Source of the DNA: a bacterium
GTDB taxonomy: Bacteria > Zixibacteria > MSB-5A5 > WJJR01
NCBI GenBank assembly: GCA_021813505.1
Contig: JAKAKI010000071.1
Span: 45-64,044, forward strand
DNA: 64,000 bases
Direction: 5' to 3'
The notes under the pieces were generated by a model, which did no database searches, was not told the origin of the DNA, and saw only the letters and a list, made by a program, of their open reading frames with translations. The translations under genes and the position numbers were made by a program. Positions 18,719 to 27,563 of the stretch are shown here, piece by piece (within the stretch, counting starts at the first letter, position 1; the number at the start of each line of letters is the position of its first letter).

Positions 18719-21052
18719 ATGTTTGCGGTACTTCTGCGATTAAAGCGGGCTGTGGCGGCCAGATACCGGGAGGTCTTCGCCCGGTGGGCGGAGTCGCCCA
18801 CATTCCGACGTTGGCGGGGAGTGCTGCACGTTCTCATTGCTCTGGGAGTGGTCGCGGTTTCCGTGCTCGCCTTTCCCTTGCCGGAGCTGTTTATCCCGCC
18901 GGATTTCCCGCATGTTGGCGACATCTCCACCGAAAACCTGATCGCCCCATTCGATTTCCCCGTCTTGAAATCGAGTACCGAGTTGGAGGCCGAAAGCACC
19001 AGGGTCATCGCGGAAACCCCGCCGGTGCTTCGCTACAGCCGGCCGGTTGCCGACTCGGTGCAACGCACCCTGATGAACTTCTTCGACCGGGCCGAACGGC
19101 TGGCGTCGACATCGATCAGTCCGCGGCTGCGCTCCGAACGGCTGGCGTCCGATTTCCCGTGGCTCGATGTCTCGGTCCTATCCCCACCGCGATCCTCCGG
19201 CGGATGGCTGGCGTTGCGCTACGCCACCGCGGACATCGTGAAACGCTTTTACAGCACGGGCATTTTCCCCGACAATCGGTACCTGCCCGGACCCGAGAGT
19301 CCATTCGTGGTCGTCGAGCGTCCCACGGGGGAAATCCCGCTTAAGCGCGATCAGGTGATCGACACGCGCAGTGCCACCGAACGGTTGCGCCGCGAACTTG
19401 CCGAGATTCCCGGCGTCGACTCGACAGAGCAGGAAGTCTTCGTACGGTTTATCGGTTCACTGATTAAACCCAATCTCGAATTCGATCCCGAGATCACCGA
19501 GCAGCGGCGCCAGGATGAACTGGCGCAGATTCGGCCCCACAAAGTGCGGATATTCCGCGGCGAACGGATCATCGCCAAGAACGAACGTGTCACGCCGGTT
19601 CATATCGAACGCCTGGCGGCACTGGCGCGGATTCGAATCGAGCAACGCGGCCACGGCAATCTGCTGGGCATCTACGCGCCCATTGGCGGCCGGATCATGT
19701 ACGCCCTCTTCTGCATCATGGGTGTGGCCGCGCACTTCTTTTACTTCCGGCCTCGTTTCCGAACCCGAACGACGGCGGTGCTCCTGTTGGCGGTCATCTG
19801 GTCCGGGGTTCTGATCGCCACCCGATTCGCGCATGCCGCCGGCGGCGCGGCGATTTACCTTATCCCGGTGCCATTGGCGGCGATTCTCGTCACGGTCCTG
19901 CTCGATTTGGGAACGGGGCTGGTGTCGACCGTCTTCCTGTCCATTCTAGTCGGTGTGGTAACAGGCTTCGACTACACCATCTTCTCTGTGGCCCTGGCCG
20001 GTGGAATCGTCACCGCATACAGTTCGCGTTCGATCAGACGCCGGTACGATTTTTATCGGCCGGCGCTGTACGGAGCGTTTGCCTATCTCATCGGGATCTG
20101 GGTGGTGGAGTCGCTGCGCTTCTCTAGCCTCTCCACGATTCTGGCGGCCACCGGATACGGAATGCTCAACGCTGTTGTCGGAGCCTTTATCGCCGTGGGT
20201 GTGCTCCCCGTGTTTGAATCGCTCCTGGGATTCACGACCAATCTGACATTGCTGGAGCTGTCCAACCTGAATCACCCGTTGCTGCGCCGTCTCGCCCTCG
20301 AAGCTCCAGGCACCTATCATCATTCGATGGTGATCGGCAATCTCTCGGAGGCCGCCGCCGAGGCGATCGGCGCCAATGCGCTGCTTGCGCGCGTTGGATC
20401 CTATTTCCACGACATCGGCAAGATGGACAAACCCGAGTATTTTGTTGAAAACCAGCAGCACCTGCGCAGCAAACACGAGAAACTCCCGCCATCGATGAGC
20501 GCGCTGATTCTCGAATCGCATGTGAAACGAGGACGTGAGCTGGCGCTGGAGTACGATCTGCCGGATGCGGTCATCGATTTCATCGAGCAACACCATGGCA
20601 CCACCACGATGACCTTCTTTTACCACAAGGCGCAGCAGCAGATTCTCAATCTGCCGGTCAAGGAGGACGATTTCCGCTATCCCGGCCCGCGTCCCCAAAC
20701 ACGTGAGACCGCCATCGTCATGCTGGCCGACTCGGTCGAAGCCGTCAGCCGAACGTTGGACGACCCCAAGCCGGGCCGGCTCCAGAACGCCATCCGCAAA
20801 GTGGTGGAGACCAAATTTTCGGCAGGCCAATTGGAAGAGTGCGACCTCACGTTGCGTGATCTGACCAAGATAGAAGAGAGTTTCCTCAAGATCCTCCTTG
20901 GCGTCTTTCACTCGCGCATCGACTACCCTTCCGCGGTCCGCAGAGACCAGGATGAAACCGAATCTGACCGAAAAGTCGCGCCGTCCCACTTGAATCCCGC
21001 AGACAAGAAACCGCCGATTCGTCCGGCGAAGGCTGACCATGCGACCGGCTAG
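18719..21052 (+). CDS. pgpH: 7TM-receptor/HD-domain phosphohydrolase (PgpH/YqfF family)
   Basis: Extracellular N-region followed by 7 TM helices, then an HD domain (YHHSMVIGNL...YFHDIGK...IEQHHGT). Sits in the conserved phoH-yqfF-ybeY position. Confidence 0.8.
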   Translation: MFAVLLRLKRAVAARYREVFARWAESPTFRRWRGVLHVLIALGVVAVSVLAFPLPELFIPPDFPHVGDISTENLIAPFDFPVLKSSTELEAESTRVIAETPPVLRYSRPVADSVQRTLMNFFDRAERLASTSISPRLRSERLASDFPWLDVSVLSPPRSSGGWLALRYATADIVKRFYSTGIFPDNRYLPGPESPFVVVERPTGEIPLKRDQVIDTRSATERLRRELAEIPGVDSTEQEVFVRFIGSLIKPNLEFDPEITEQRRQDELAQIRPHKVRIFRGERIIAKNERVTPVHIERLAALARIRIEQRGHGNLLGIYAPIGGRIMYALFCIMGVAAHFFYFRPRFRTRTTAVLLLAVIWSGVLIATRFAHAAGGAAIYLIPVPLAAILVTVLLDLGTGLVSTVFLSILVGVVTGFDYTIFSVALAGGIVTAYSSRSIRRRYDFYRPALYGAFAYLIGIWVVESLRFSSLSTILAATGYGMLNAVVGAFIAVGVLPVFESLLGFTTNLTLLELSNLNHPLLRRLALEAPGTYHHSMVIGNLSEAAAEAIGANALLARVGSYFHDIGKMDKPEYFVENQQHLRSKHEKLPPSMSALILESHVKRGRELALEYDLPDAVIDFIEQHHGTTTMTFFYHKAQQQILNLPVKEDDFRYPGPRPQTRETAIVMLADSVEAVSRTLDDPKPGRLQNAIRKVVETKFSAGQLEECDLTLRDLTKIEESFLKILLGVFHSRIDYPSAVRRDQDETESDRKVAPSHLNPADKKPPIRPAKADHATG

Positions 21053-21527
21053 CGAAACCGGCGCCCGCAGGAAGGCCCCGTTGACGGTGAAGATCGAGCG
21101 CTCCATTCGGCAGGGTCGAATCCCCCGAAAACTCATCGTTGCCGCCGTGGAGCAAGTGGGCCGAGGTGAAAGACTTTCCGGCTCGCTCCGGATAATCGTG
21201 GTGGGGGATTCCTTCATGCGCCATCTCAATCGCAGATTCCGGATGAAGGACCAGCCCACCGACGTGCTGGCGTTTCCCCTGGGGAACCCATTCCCAAACG
21301 CGGGAGCGTCATCGCTCATTGGCGAAGTGTATTGCAATTACGATCATGCCCGGCGCTGGCACCAGGAACATGGAGGCACGATTGCGGCAGAGCTTTCCCG
21401 GCTGGCCGTCCACGGCGCTCTGCACCTGGCGGGCTACGATCATCACCACCCCGGCGAGCGCAAACAAATGACCGCCGCCGAAAACCGGTATTTGTGTGAT
21501 GCCGGATTGTTGGAGATCCGAACTTGA
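21039..21527 (+). CDS. ybeY: rRNA maturation endoribonuclease YbeY
   Basis: HGALHLAGYDHH zinc-binding motif; 162 aa; overlaps the pgpH stop by 14 nt. Confidence 0.88.
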   Translation: MRPASETGARRKAPLTVKIERSIRQGRIPRKLIVAAVEQVGRGERLSGSLRIIVVGDSFMRHLNRRFRMKDQPTDVLAFPLGNPFPNAGASSLIGEVYCNYDHARRWHQEHGGTIAAELSRLAVHGALHLAGYDHHHPGERKQMTAAENRYLCDAGLLEIRT

Positions 21528-21542
21528 GCACGCGAGCCCACG

Positions 21543-22826
21543 ATGTTTCTTGAAGTCCTCATCGCCGGACTTGTGCTTGCCGCCTTTCTGCTGGCGACAT
21601 ACGTCGTTGCACTCATTGCCGTCCGACTCTTCGCTATCACCAGTGACGAAGGAAAGGACGATTCCGCTGCCGGAGAGCAAGGCAGCAGCTTGATTGACGC
21701 ATTCACGAAGTCGCCGCATCAAGTGCTCTTGGCGGCCGATTTGTTCCGGACATTGGCACTGCTGTTGGAAACGGCAATCATCACATGGGCAGTACCACGC
21801 TGGTCTGCCCAACTGGGCATGCCGTGGTTGCCGGCCATGGTGATCGCCCTGGTTGTGATCTGGATTCTGCATGTGCTCGTTGCCGAGATTCTGCCGAAAT
21901 CTGCTGCCCTGGAAACGAACGGGAACGCACCGGAGTTCACCGATGCCACGCTGGCTTCCGCCTGGTTTCTCCTCTGGCCGTTCGTCGCCATCGCGAAAAT
22001 CATCGCCCGCAAGCGCCCGGCCGTCGCCGCTTCGCCTGAGGAGCGCGAGGAAATCGTGGAGCGGGCGCTGGAATCGCTGGCCGAATCCGCCGGCGTCCAC
22101 GAACCCTTGCTCGAAGAAGATGAACGCGAGATGATCCAGGGAGTTATCGGCCTGGAAGACACGGAAGTCCGGGAATTGATGGTGCCGCGGATCAATATCG
22201 TAGCCGTCGACGCAAATGCGTCGGTGGATGATGTGCGCCGACTGACCACCGAATGGGGGCACTCCAGACTGCCGGTCTTCGACGGTGATCTCGATTCGAT
22301 CATCGGGATTCTCTATGTGAAAGACCTCTTCTGCGCCCAGCACGAAGACGCTGTCAGCCTGGCAACTCTGGCGCGCCGGGCGTTCGTTGTGCCGGAAACC
22401 AAAAAGGTCGATGCCTTGCTTGAGGAATTCAAACGACGCCGGGCGCACATTGCGATCGTCGCCGACGAGTTCGGCGGCACCGCGGGCTTGATCACGCTGG
22501 AGGATATCCTCGAGGAAATCGTGGGGGAAATCGAGGATGAACACGACCGCGGCCGCCGTCACATCGAACCGATTGGCGAGGGCGCCATCCGAGTCGATGG
22601 TGTGGTGCCGTTGAGCGACATCGCCGATGCGCTCGAAGTCGACCTGCCTGAACAGAAGTTCGAAACTATCGGCGGCCTGATCTACGATCGCGTGGGCGGA
22701 GTTCCTGAAGTTGGCCGGACAATCACGGATTTGGGATTGACCCTGACCATCGAAGAAATGGATGGTCAACGCATTCGCCGGGTTCGAGTTAGCCGTGTCT
22801 TGAGTCCTTCGCCGCGCAGCGATTGA
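21543..22826 (+). CDS. CNNM/TlyC-family protein (DUF21 TM domain + CBS pair + CorC_HlyC)
   Basis: N-terminal TM region with ILPKS; CBS region (VRELMVPRINIVAVD; HSRLPVFDGDLDSIIGILYVKDL); IAIVADEFGGTAGLITLEDILEEIVGEIEDEHD. Confidence 0.85.
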   Translation: MFLEVLIAGLVLAAFLLATYVVALIAVRLFAITSDEGKDDSAAGEQGSSLIDAFTKSPHQVLLAADLFRTLALLLETAIITWAVPRWSAQLGMPWLPAMVIALVVIWILHVLVAEILPKSAALETNGNAPEFTDATLASAWFLLWPFVAIAKIIARKRPAVAASPEEREEIVERALESLAESAGVHEPLLEEDEREMIQGVIGLEDTEVRELMVPRINIVAVDANASVDDVRRLTTEWGHSRLPVFDGDLDSIIGILYVKDLFCAQHEDAVSLATLARRAFVVPETKKVDALLEEFKRRRAHIAIVADEFGGTAGLITLEDILEEIVGEIEDEHDRGRRHIEPIGEGAIRVDGVVPLSDIADALEVDLPEQKFETIGGLIYDRVGGVPEVGRTITDLGLTLTIEEMDGQRIRRVRVSRVLSPSPRSD

Positions 22827-22950
22827 CAATCTCTTGCGGGCGGTCAAACGCCCATCCTGAATTCTCCGTTATTGCCACCGAGACACCTCCTGTTTAAATA
22901 ACAGGGGAGTTTGCCCCGCACAACTGGCGTGGCGGAAATGGAGAATACGG

Positions 22951-23166
22951 GTGCCTATCTTTTCTTATCGATGTGAATCCTGCGGCAAGATGTTCGACGA
23001 ACTCATTTTCTCGACAGCGGCCGAAAAGTCGCTGTCATGCCCCTCGTGCGGGGGCACATCCCTGAAACGGCAGTTGGCGCCATTTGCCGTGGGTAAATCC
23101 TCACCGGCAGCGGAGCCCGGCTGCGGCCAAGGACGTTGTTCGTCGTGTGCCTTCGGTGACAATTAA
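22951..23166 (+). CDS. FmdB-family zinc-ribbon protein
   Basis: GTG start. MPIFSYRCESCG...LSCPSCGG is the CxxC...CxxC pattern typical of FmdB/TIGR02605-like proteins. Confidence 0.7.
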   Translation: MPIFSYRCESCGKMFDELIFSTAAEKSLSCPSCGGTSLKRQLAPFAVGKSSPAAEPGCGQGRCSSCAFGDN

Positions 23167-23202
23167 CACGGGAAAGCGCCGGCGTGATCGGCAGTGTGCG
23201 CC

Positions 23203-23766
23203 ATGACCCAGCTTGACTTATTCTCGGTTCTGACTTCGCGACTCCCCGACGAGGACGAGCTGGTGCAACGGTTCACCCGCTTCAATCACGTCTACTTTGA
23301 GGGATTGCTGCCGACGACGGCCATTCGCTGGTCATCGCGGATGCGGATCGCCGGCATGTGCGACACGCGCAAACGGATCATCTCACTGTCGCGTGCCTAT
23401 CACACACATTTCCCGGAAGACATCGATGACACCCTCAAACACGAGATGATCCACCTGATTCATCCGAGTCACGATCTGGAATTCCGGCGCGAGGCGAAAC
23501 GCCTGGGCGCAACCGTCCACTGCAAGGAATACCCCGGACTGCATCCGCGCGCCCGCTTCGTCTACATCTGCCCGCATTGCCGCACTGTTTTCCATCGCAG
23601 CAAACGCGAACGGCTGTATTGCGGGTTGTGTTCGCGCCGCCGGATTGACGAGCGGTTCATGCTGGTTCTACGCCCCCCAGTTCCCATCCGTCATGTGCCC
23701 GAACCGGCGATTGCCGCCCGCCGTCCCGCGACAAACCGTCCCAAGCGACGATCCCGGCAACGTTGA
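23203..23766 (+). CDS. SprT-like zinc metalloprotease-domain protein
   Basis: FNHVYFEGLLP...RWSSRMRIAGMC...LKHEMIHL (HExxH) and a C-terminal CxxC..CxxC zinc ribbon. ATG 23203; the track ORF starts at GTG 23194. Confidence 0.7.
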   Translation: MTQLDLFSVLTSRLPDEDELVQRFTRFNHVYFEGLLPTTAIRWSSRMRIAGMCDTRKRIISLSRAYHTHFPEDIDDTLKHEMIHLIHPSHDLEFRREAKRLGATVHCKEYPGLHPRARFVYICPHCRTVFHRSKRERLYCGLCSRRRIDERFMLVLRPPVPIRHVPEPAIAARRPATNRPKRRSRQR

Positions 23767-23770
23767 GTCT

Positions 23771-23840
23771 GGGAGGACGGGGCTCCTGCCGAGCCTTGCT
23801 GGCACGTCGTGAAGAGGCTCGGCGGGAGCCTCGCCCTCCC
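23771..23840 (+). repeat. palindromic intergenic element, family 1, copy b
   Basis: GGGAGGACGGGGCTCCTGCCGAGCC (23771-23795) and GGCTCGGCGGGAGCCTCGCCCTCCC (23816-23840). Confidence 0.85.
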
Positions 23841-23909
23841 TCCAATTCCCCAGCTTTGACTGGATCATCACCCAAGTCAGATTGACTAATGTTGCACCAC
23901 GGAGACAGC

Positions 23910-24308
23910 ATGCCCGTTACTTACAAGACTGAACCCAAGGTCAGCCCCGCAGAGGTTGCCGGCCTGTATCGCCGTGCGCCCCTCAACCGGCCGGTCGACG
24001 ATCTGGACCGAATGGGCCGCATGCTGGCAGGGGCCAGCGTGGTCATTTGCGCTCGCGACGACGGCCGACTGGTCGGGATCGCCCGTGCCCTGACCGATTT
24101 CTCCTATTGCTGCTATCTCTGCGACCTGGCCGTCGACCCCGACTACCAGCGCCAGGGGATCGGTCAGGAGCTGATCCGGCTGGTGGAGGAGGCGATCGGG
24201 GATGAATGTATGCTCCTGCTGTTTTCGGCTGTGACCGCCCATAGCTATTACCCCCACATAGGCTTCGAGAAGATTGACAACGCCTGGGAGAAGCCCCGCA
24301 AGCGGTAG
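23910..24308 (+). CDS. GNAT-family N-acetyltransferase
   Basis: Acetyl-CoA motif context LAVDPDYQRQGIGQELI. ATG 23910 has GGAG 5 nt upstream; the track ORF starts at 23889. Confidence 0.75.
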   Translation: MPVTYKTEPKVSPAEVAGLYRRAPLNRPVDDLDRMGRMLAGASVVICARDDGRLVGIARALTDFSYCCYLCDLAVDPDYQRQGIGQELIRLVEEAIGDECMLLLFSAVTAHSYYPHIGFEKIDNAWEKPRKR

Positions 24309-24409
24309 CGGGCGATCCTTCAGCTTATGGTCAATTGGGTCGATAACGATAAGGGAGTGGGTACAGGGTTCCCGGGGGGGAGCCTCGACTCAACGAGGGT
24401 AGCGGAGCT

Positions 24410-24784
24410 ATGGCAGCATCGAAAGAACGCAAGATTCTGGTTGTTGAAGACAACCCGAATATGTCCAGCCTCCTGGCGGACATGCTCGAGGTATTCGCTG
24501 TCCAAAGTGTGCGGGCCACCGATGGCGAGGACGCTCTGCGCAAGCTGGCTGAAGAGTCCATCGGGCTGGTCATCTCTGACTTGCGGATGCCCAAGATGAA
24601 CGGCACCGAACTGTTGTCCGCCATCAAGGACAAAGACCCCCAAATGCCGGTGGTGTTGATCAGCGGCTACTCTCTGGCCAGTATCGATGACAAGAAGGCC
24701 ACGGCGCGCGCCGACGGCTTCCTCACCAAGCCCTTCAAGATGAACGACATCAAGGGCATCCTCGACCGGCTGTATCAGCGCTGA
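24410..24784 (+). CDS. CheY-like single-domain response regulator
   Basis: KILVVEDNP...LVISDLRMPKMNG...VVLISGY...KPF receiver motifs; GGAG upstream. Confidence 0.85.
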   Translation: MAASKERKILVVEDNPNMSSLLADMLEVFAVQSVRATDGEDALRKLAEESIGLVISDLRMPKMNGTELLSAIKDKDPQMPVVLISGYSLASIDDKKATARADGFLTKPFKMNDIKGILDRLYQR

Positions 24785-24892
24785 ACCACCTTTTCACGGG
24801 AGTTTGGCAGAACTTTGCGCTCGAGCCCGATTCCTGGCTTTTGAATTGTGCTTGCAATTGTGCATTTGGAATGCATAATTGCAGGGGACAAC

Positions 24893-26119
24893 ATGACAAC
24901 GCCCTCTTATTACAGTCGGACTTTGGAGAAGGTCTTGAAGCGCTCCGCGGCAGAGTTTCCTGCCGTGGTCCTTACGGGACCCCGCCAGTCGGGCAAGACG
25001 ACTCTGTTGCGGCATCTGTTCGGCCGCACGCACACCTATGTGTCTGTCGAACCTCCCGATGTGCGGGCGGCAGCGATGGCCGATCCCCGTGGTTTCCTGG
25101 ATCTCTATCAGCCTCCCGTCATCCTCGATGAAATTCAACACGCACCGGAATTGCTGCCTTACATCAAGGAATGGATCGATGAACACCGCACCAAAGCGGG
25201 ACAGTTTCTTCTGACCGGATCCCAGAATCTCTTGCTCTTAAATCGAGTAACCGAAACCCTCGCGGGACGAGTGGCGATGTTGAGACTGCTCCCCATGTCA
25301 CGCCACGAGGCCAATCAGAACCCAGCCGCCAAGCTCCCGTGGGAATCGAGTTCCCCCCAAGCCAAGGAAACCGCTACCCACAGTGCGCAATTATGGCAAT
25401 CGTTTCTACGAGGTGGCTACCCGGAATTGGTGGCGCATCCCAGGCGCGACGCATACCTCTGGCACAATAGCTACGTACAGACTTACCTCGAGCGCGACAT
25501 CAGGACGCTTCGCCAGGTTGGCGACCTCTCGGCTTTTCAATCGTTTCTGCGTATGGCCGCTTCACGGAGCGGACAGTTGTTCAACATGACAGGGGCGGCC
25601 CGCGATCTCGGCGTCGCGGTCAATACCGTGAAGGCGTGGGTCTCAGTGCTTGAGGCGACATTTCAGGTCGTGGTTCTGCGCCCTTATCATGCCAATGTCG
25701 GCAAACGTCTCGTCAAGACACCGAAACTCTACCTGACGGACACGGGCACGCTTTGTCATCTGGCAGGTTTGAAAGACCCTGCCCATGCAGTCGATGGCCC
25801 ACTGGGTGGCGTCATTTTCGAGACCGCTGTCCTCTCAGAGATCATGCGCACTCTCACTCACAGGGGAACTGTCCCTGAAGTCTACTTCTGGAGAACGGCA
25901 TCCGGATCAGAGGTGGATTTCATTGTAGCCGTGGACGGCCAGTTAATCCCCATTGAGGTTAAATCAACTGCCACTCCCCGGCCGGCGATGACCAACGGTA
26001 TCCGCGCATTCCAGGACGATCTGGGAAGGAAATCCGGTGCAGGGTACGTCTTGCATCTCGGGCAGGTGCGGTTGCCGCTGGCACCGGGCGTGACCGCGCT
26101 CCCATTCTGCAATTTGTGA
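24893..26119 (+). CDS. AAA-family ATPase with DUF4143-like C-terminal region
   Basis: Walker A LTGPRQSGKTTLL, Walker B-like VILDEIQ, and a C-terminal restriction-endonuclease-like segment (EVDFIV...IPIEVKS). ATG 24893; the track ORF starts at 24848. Confidence 0.75.
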   Translation: MTTPSYYSRTLEKVLKRSAAEFPAVVLTGPRQSGKTTLLRHLFGRTHTYVSVEPPDVRAAAMADPRGFLDLYQPPVILDEIQHAPELLPYIKEWIDEHRTKAGQFLLTGSQNLLLLNRVTETLAGRVAMLRLLPMSRHEANQNPAAKLPWESSSPQAKETATHSAQLWQSFLRGGYPELVAHPRRDAYLWHNSYVQTYLERDIRTLRQVGDLSAFQSFLRMAASRSGQLFNMTGAARDLGVAVNTVKAWVSVLEATFQVVVLRPYHANVGKRLVKTPKLYLTDTGTLCHLAGLKDPAHAVDGPLGGVIFETAVLSEIMRTLTHRGTVPEVYFWRTASGSEVDFIVAVDGQLIPIEVKSTATPRPAMTNGIRAFQDDLGRKSGAGYVLHLGQVRLPLAPGVTALPFCNL

Positions 26120-26199
26120 GCGAGCCATCCCGGCAAAGATGCGGAGCAGCTCAAGCGCTGGCCGTTGCTCTTATACCAGAGCGCAGCCGATTGCCGTTG

Positions 26200-27561
26200 C
26201 TACTTCCCAACCCCCATCTGCCGGTACTTCTCTTTGTACTTTTCGTTGAGCATCTTCTGCTTGTCCGACAGATCGATCTTCTTGCCCTGAATGAATTCCA
26301 TCGTGACCTGCGTCGGGATCTCGAGTGGATTCCCGGTGGTCACAATAATGGTCGCGTCCTTGCCGGTCTCAAGTGATCCCACACGGTCCGCGGCGCCGAG
26401 TATCTGCGCTGGATACAAGGTAATCGCTTTAATTCCCTCGTCCTCAGGCAGGCCGTAGGTAACTGCTGTCGCCACGTGATACGGCAGATTGCGCACGTTG
26501 GCTGCTTCGCCGCCTCCGGAGATGCAGTAGGCCACACCGGCTTGACGCAGGCGATCCGGCACGGTAAACGGCGCGTCGTACGGATCATCGTTGCGCATCG
26601 GATCCCGGTGAATCCCGTCAACAATCACGGGCACGTTGTTCTTCTTAAGGAGGTCGGCACACAACGGTGCATCATATCCGCCACAGATGATGAGCTTGAC
26701 CTTCTCTTTTTCCGCGAACGCCACCGCTGCCTGGATCTGTTGAATCTGATCGGCGTTGACGATGATCGGAAGCTTCCCCTCCAATACCGGGATCATCGCC
26801 TCCCAACGCGAATCAAAACTGTGGTACTGGACGCCCGGCGTCGCTTCGGCCTGCTTGGCCGTCATATACGAACGCGCGTCCGCGAAGGCGTTGCGAATGT
26901 CGTTGAGTGCCTTGTCGCGGTTCTCCAATTGTTTCTCTTCCGAATCCTGCATCCACCACGCGGTGCGCGGCACCATTGATGGCCAGTTGACATGCATCCC
27001 GACCGGCGCCTTGAACGTCATCTCCTCCCAAGTCCAACCGTCGAGACAAAGCAGTGCGGACGTCCCGGAGATCACTCCGCCACTGGGATCGGTGAGCACC
27101 ATCGTAATGCCGTTGGAACGGGCGACAGGGATCAATTCGCTTTCGGGATTGACCGCGACCTGCGCCTTGGCGTTGGGATTGATCGGCCCGGTCTCGCTGC
27201 GGTCATTGGTCGCACGTACCGCGCCTATTTCCGTCAGGCCGATGGCCGTGTTCGCATCGATCATGCCGGGATACACATGCTTGCCGGTGACGTCGATCTT
27301 CTCGGCATCGGCTGGGATGCTGACGCTCGCGCCAAGCGCGACGATCTTGCCCTTGTCGAACACAATCGTGCTGTTGGGGATGTCCGCGCCGCTCACCGGG
27401 TGTATCGTCCCGCCCACCAGCGCAATCGGATGATCCTGAGGCTTGGCGGGAATCTGCGTCGAGGCGATGACCGACTCGGGTAAGGCTGTTACCACAATCA
27501 CGATGGACAACCACAGAATCCACGTTGTCCACGCCGTCCACTTGGTCCACATAGTCTTCAT
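26200..27561 (-). CDS. amidohydrolase-family protein (HxH position degenerate)
   Basis: Signal/TM segment, then GGTIHPVSG...FDKGKIVALG...GKHVYPGMIDANTAIG (no His at the usual HxH position). C-terminal GSLETGKDATIIV. ATG 27561 lies 2 nt after the upstream TAG, with GGAGGGG upstream. Confidence 0.75.
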   Translation of the reverse strand: MKTMWTKWTAWTTWILWLSIVIVVTALPESVIASTQIPAKPQDHPIALVGGTIHPVSGADIPNSTIVFDKGKIVALGASVSIPADAEKIDVTGKHVYPGMIDANTAIGLTEIGAVRATNDRSETGPINPNAKAQVAVNPESELIPVARSNGITMVLTDPSGGVISGTSALLCLDGWTWEEMTFKAPVGMHVNWPSMVPRTAWWMQDSEEKQLENRDKALNDIRNAFADARSYMTAKQAEATPGVQYHSFDSRWEAMIPVLEGKLPIIVNADQIQQIQAAVAFAEKEKVKLIICGGYDAPLCADLLKKNNVPVIVDGIHRDPMRNDDPYDAPFTVPDRLRQAGVAYCISGGGEAANVRNLPYHVATAVTYGLPEDEGIKAITLYPAQILGAADRVGSLETGKDATIIVTTGNPLEIPTQVTMEFIQGKKIDLSDKQKMLNEKYKEKYRQMGVGK

Positions 27562-27563
27562 GT

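Noticed and set aside
19946-22847. Long minus-strand ORFs (19946..21337, 463 aa; 21309..22847, 512 aa). Similar long antisense ORFs occur elsewhere: 27864..29024, 28966..29934, 30063..31007, 33450..34334, 34812..35639, 39441..40463, 42042..43022, 43038..44444, 52504..53523, 53537..54583, 55056..56057, 57455..58318, 62082..63341.
   Set aside because: Each lies antisense to, or out of frame with, a gene that has clear family motifs. Their translations are Arg/Gly/Ala/Pro-rich and low in complexity, with no recognisable motifs. This is typical of open frames on the opposite strand of GC-rich coding DNA.
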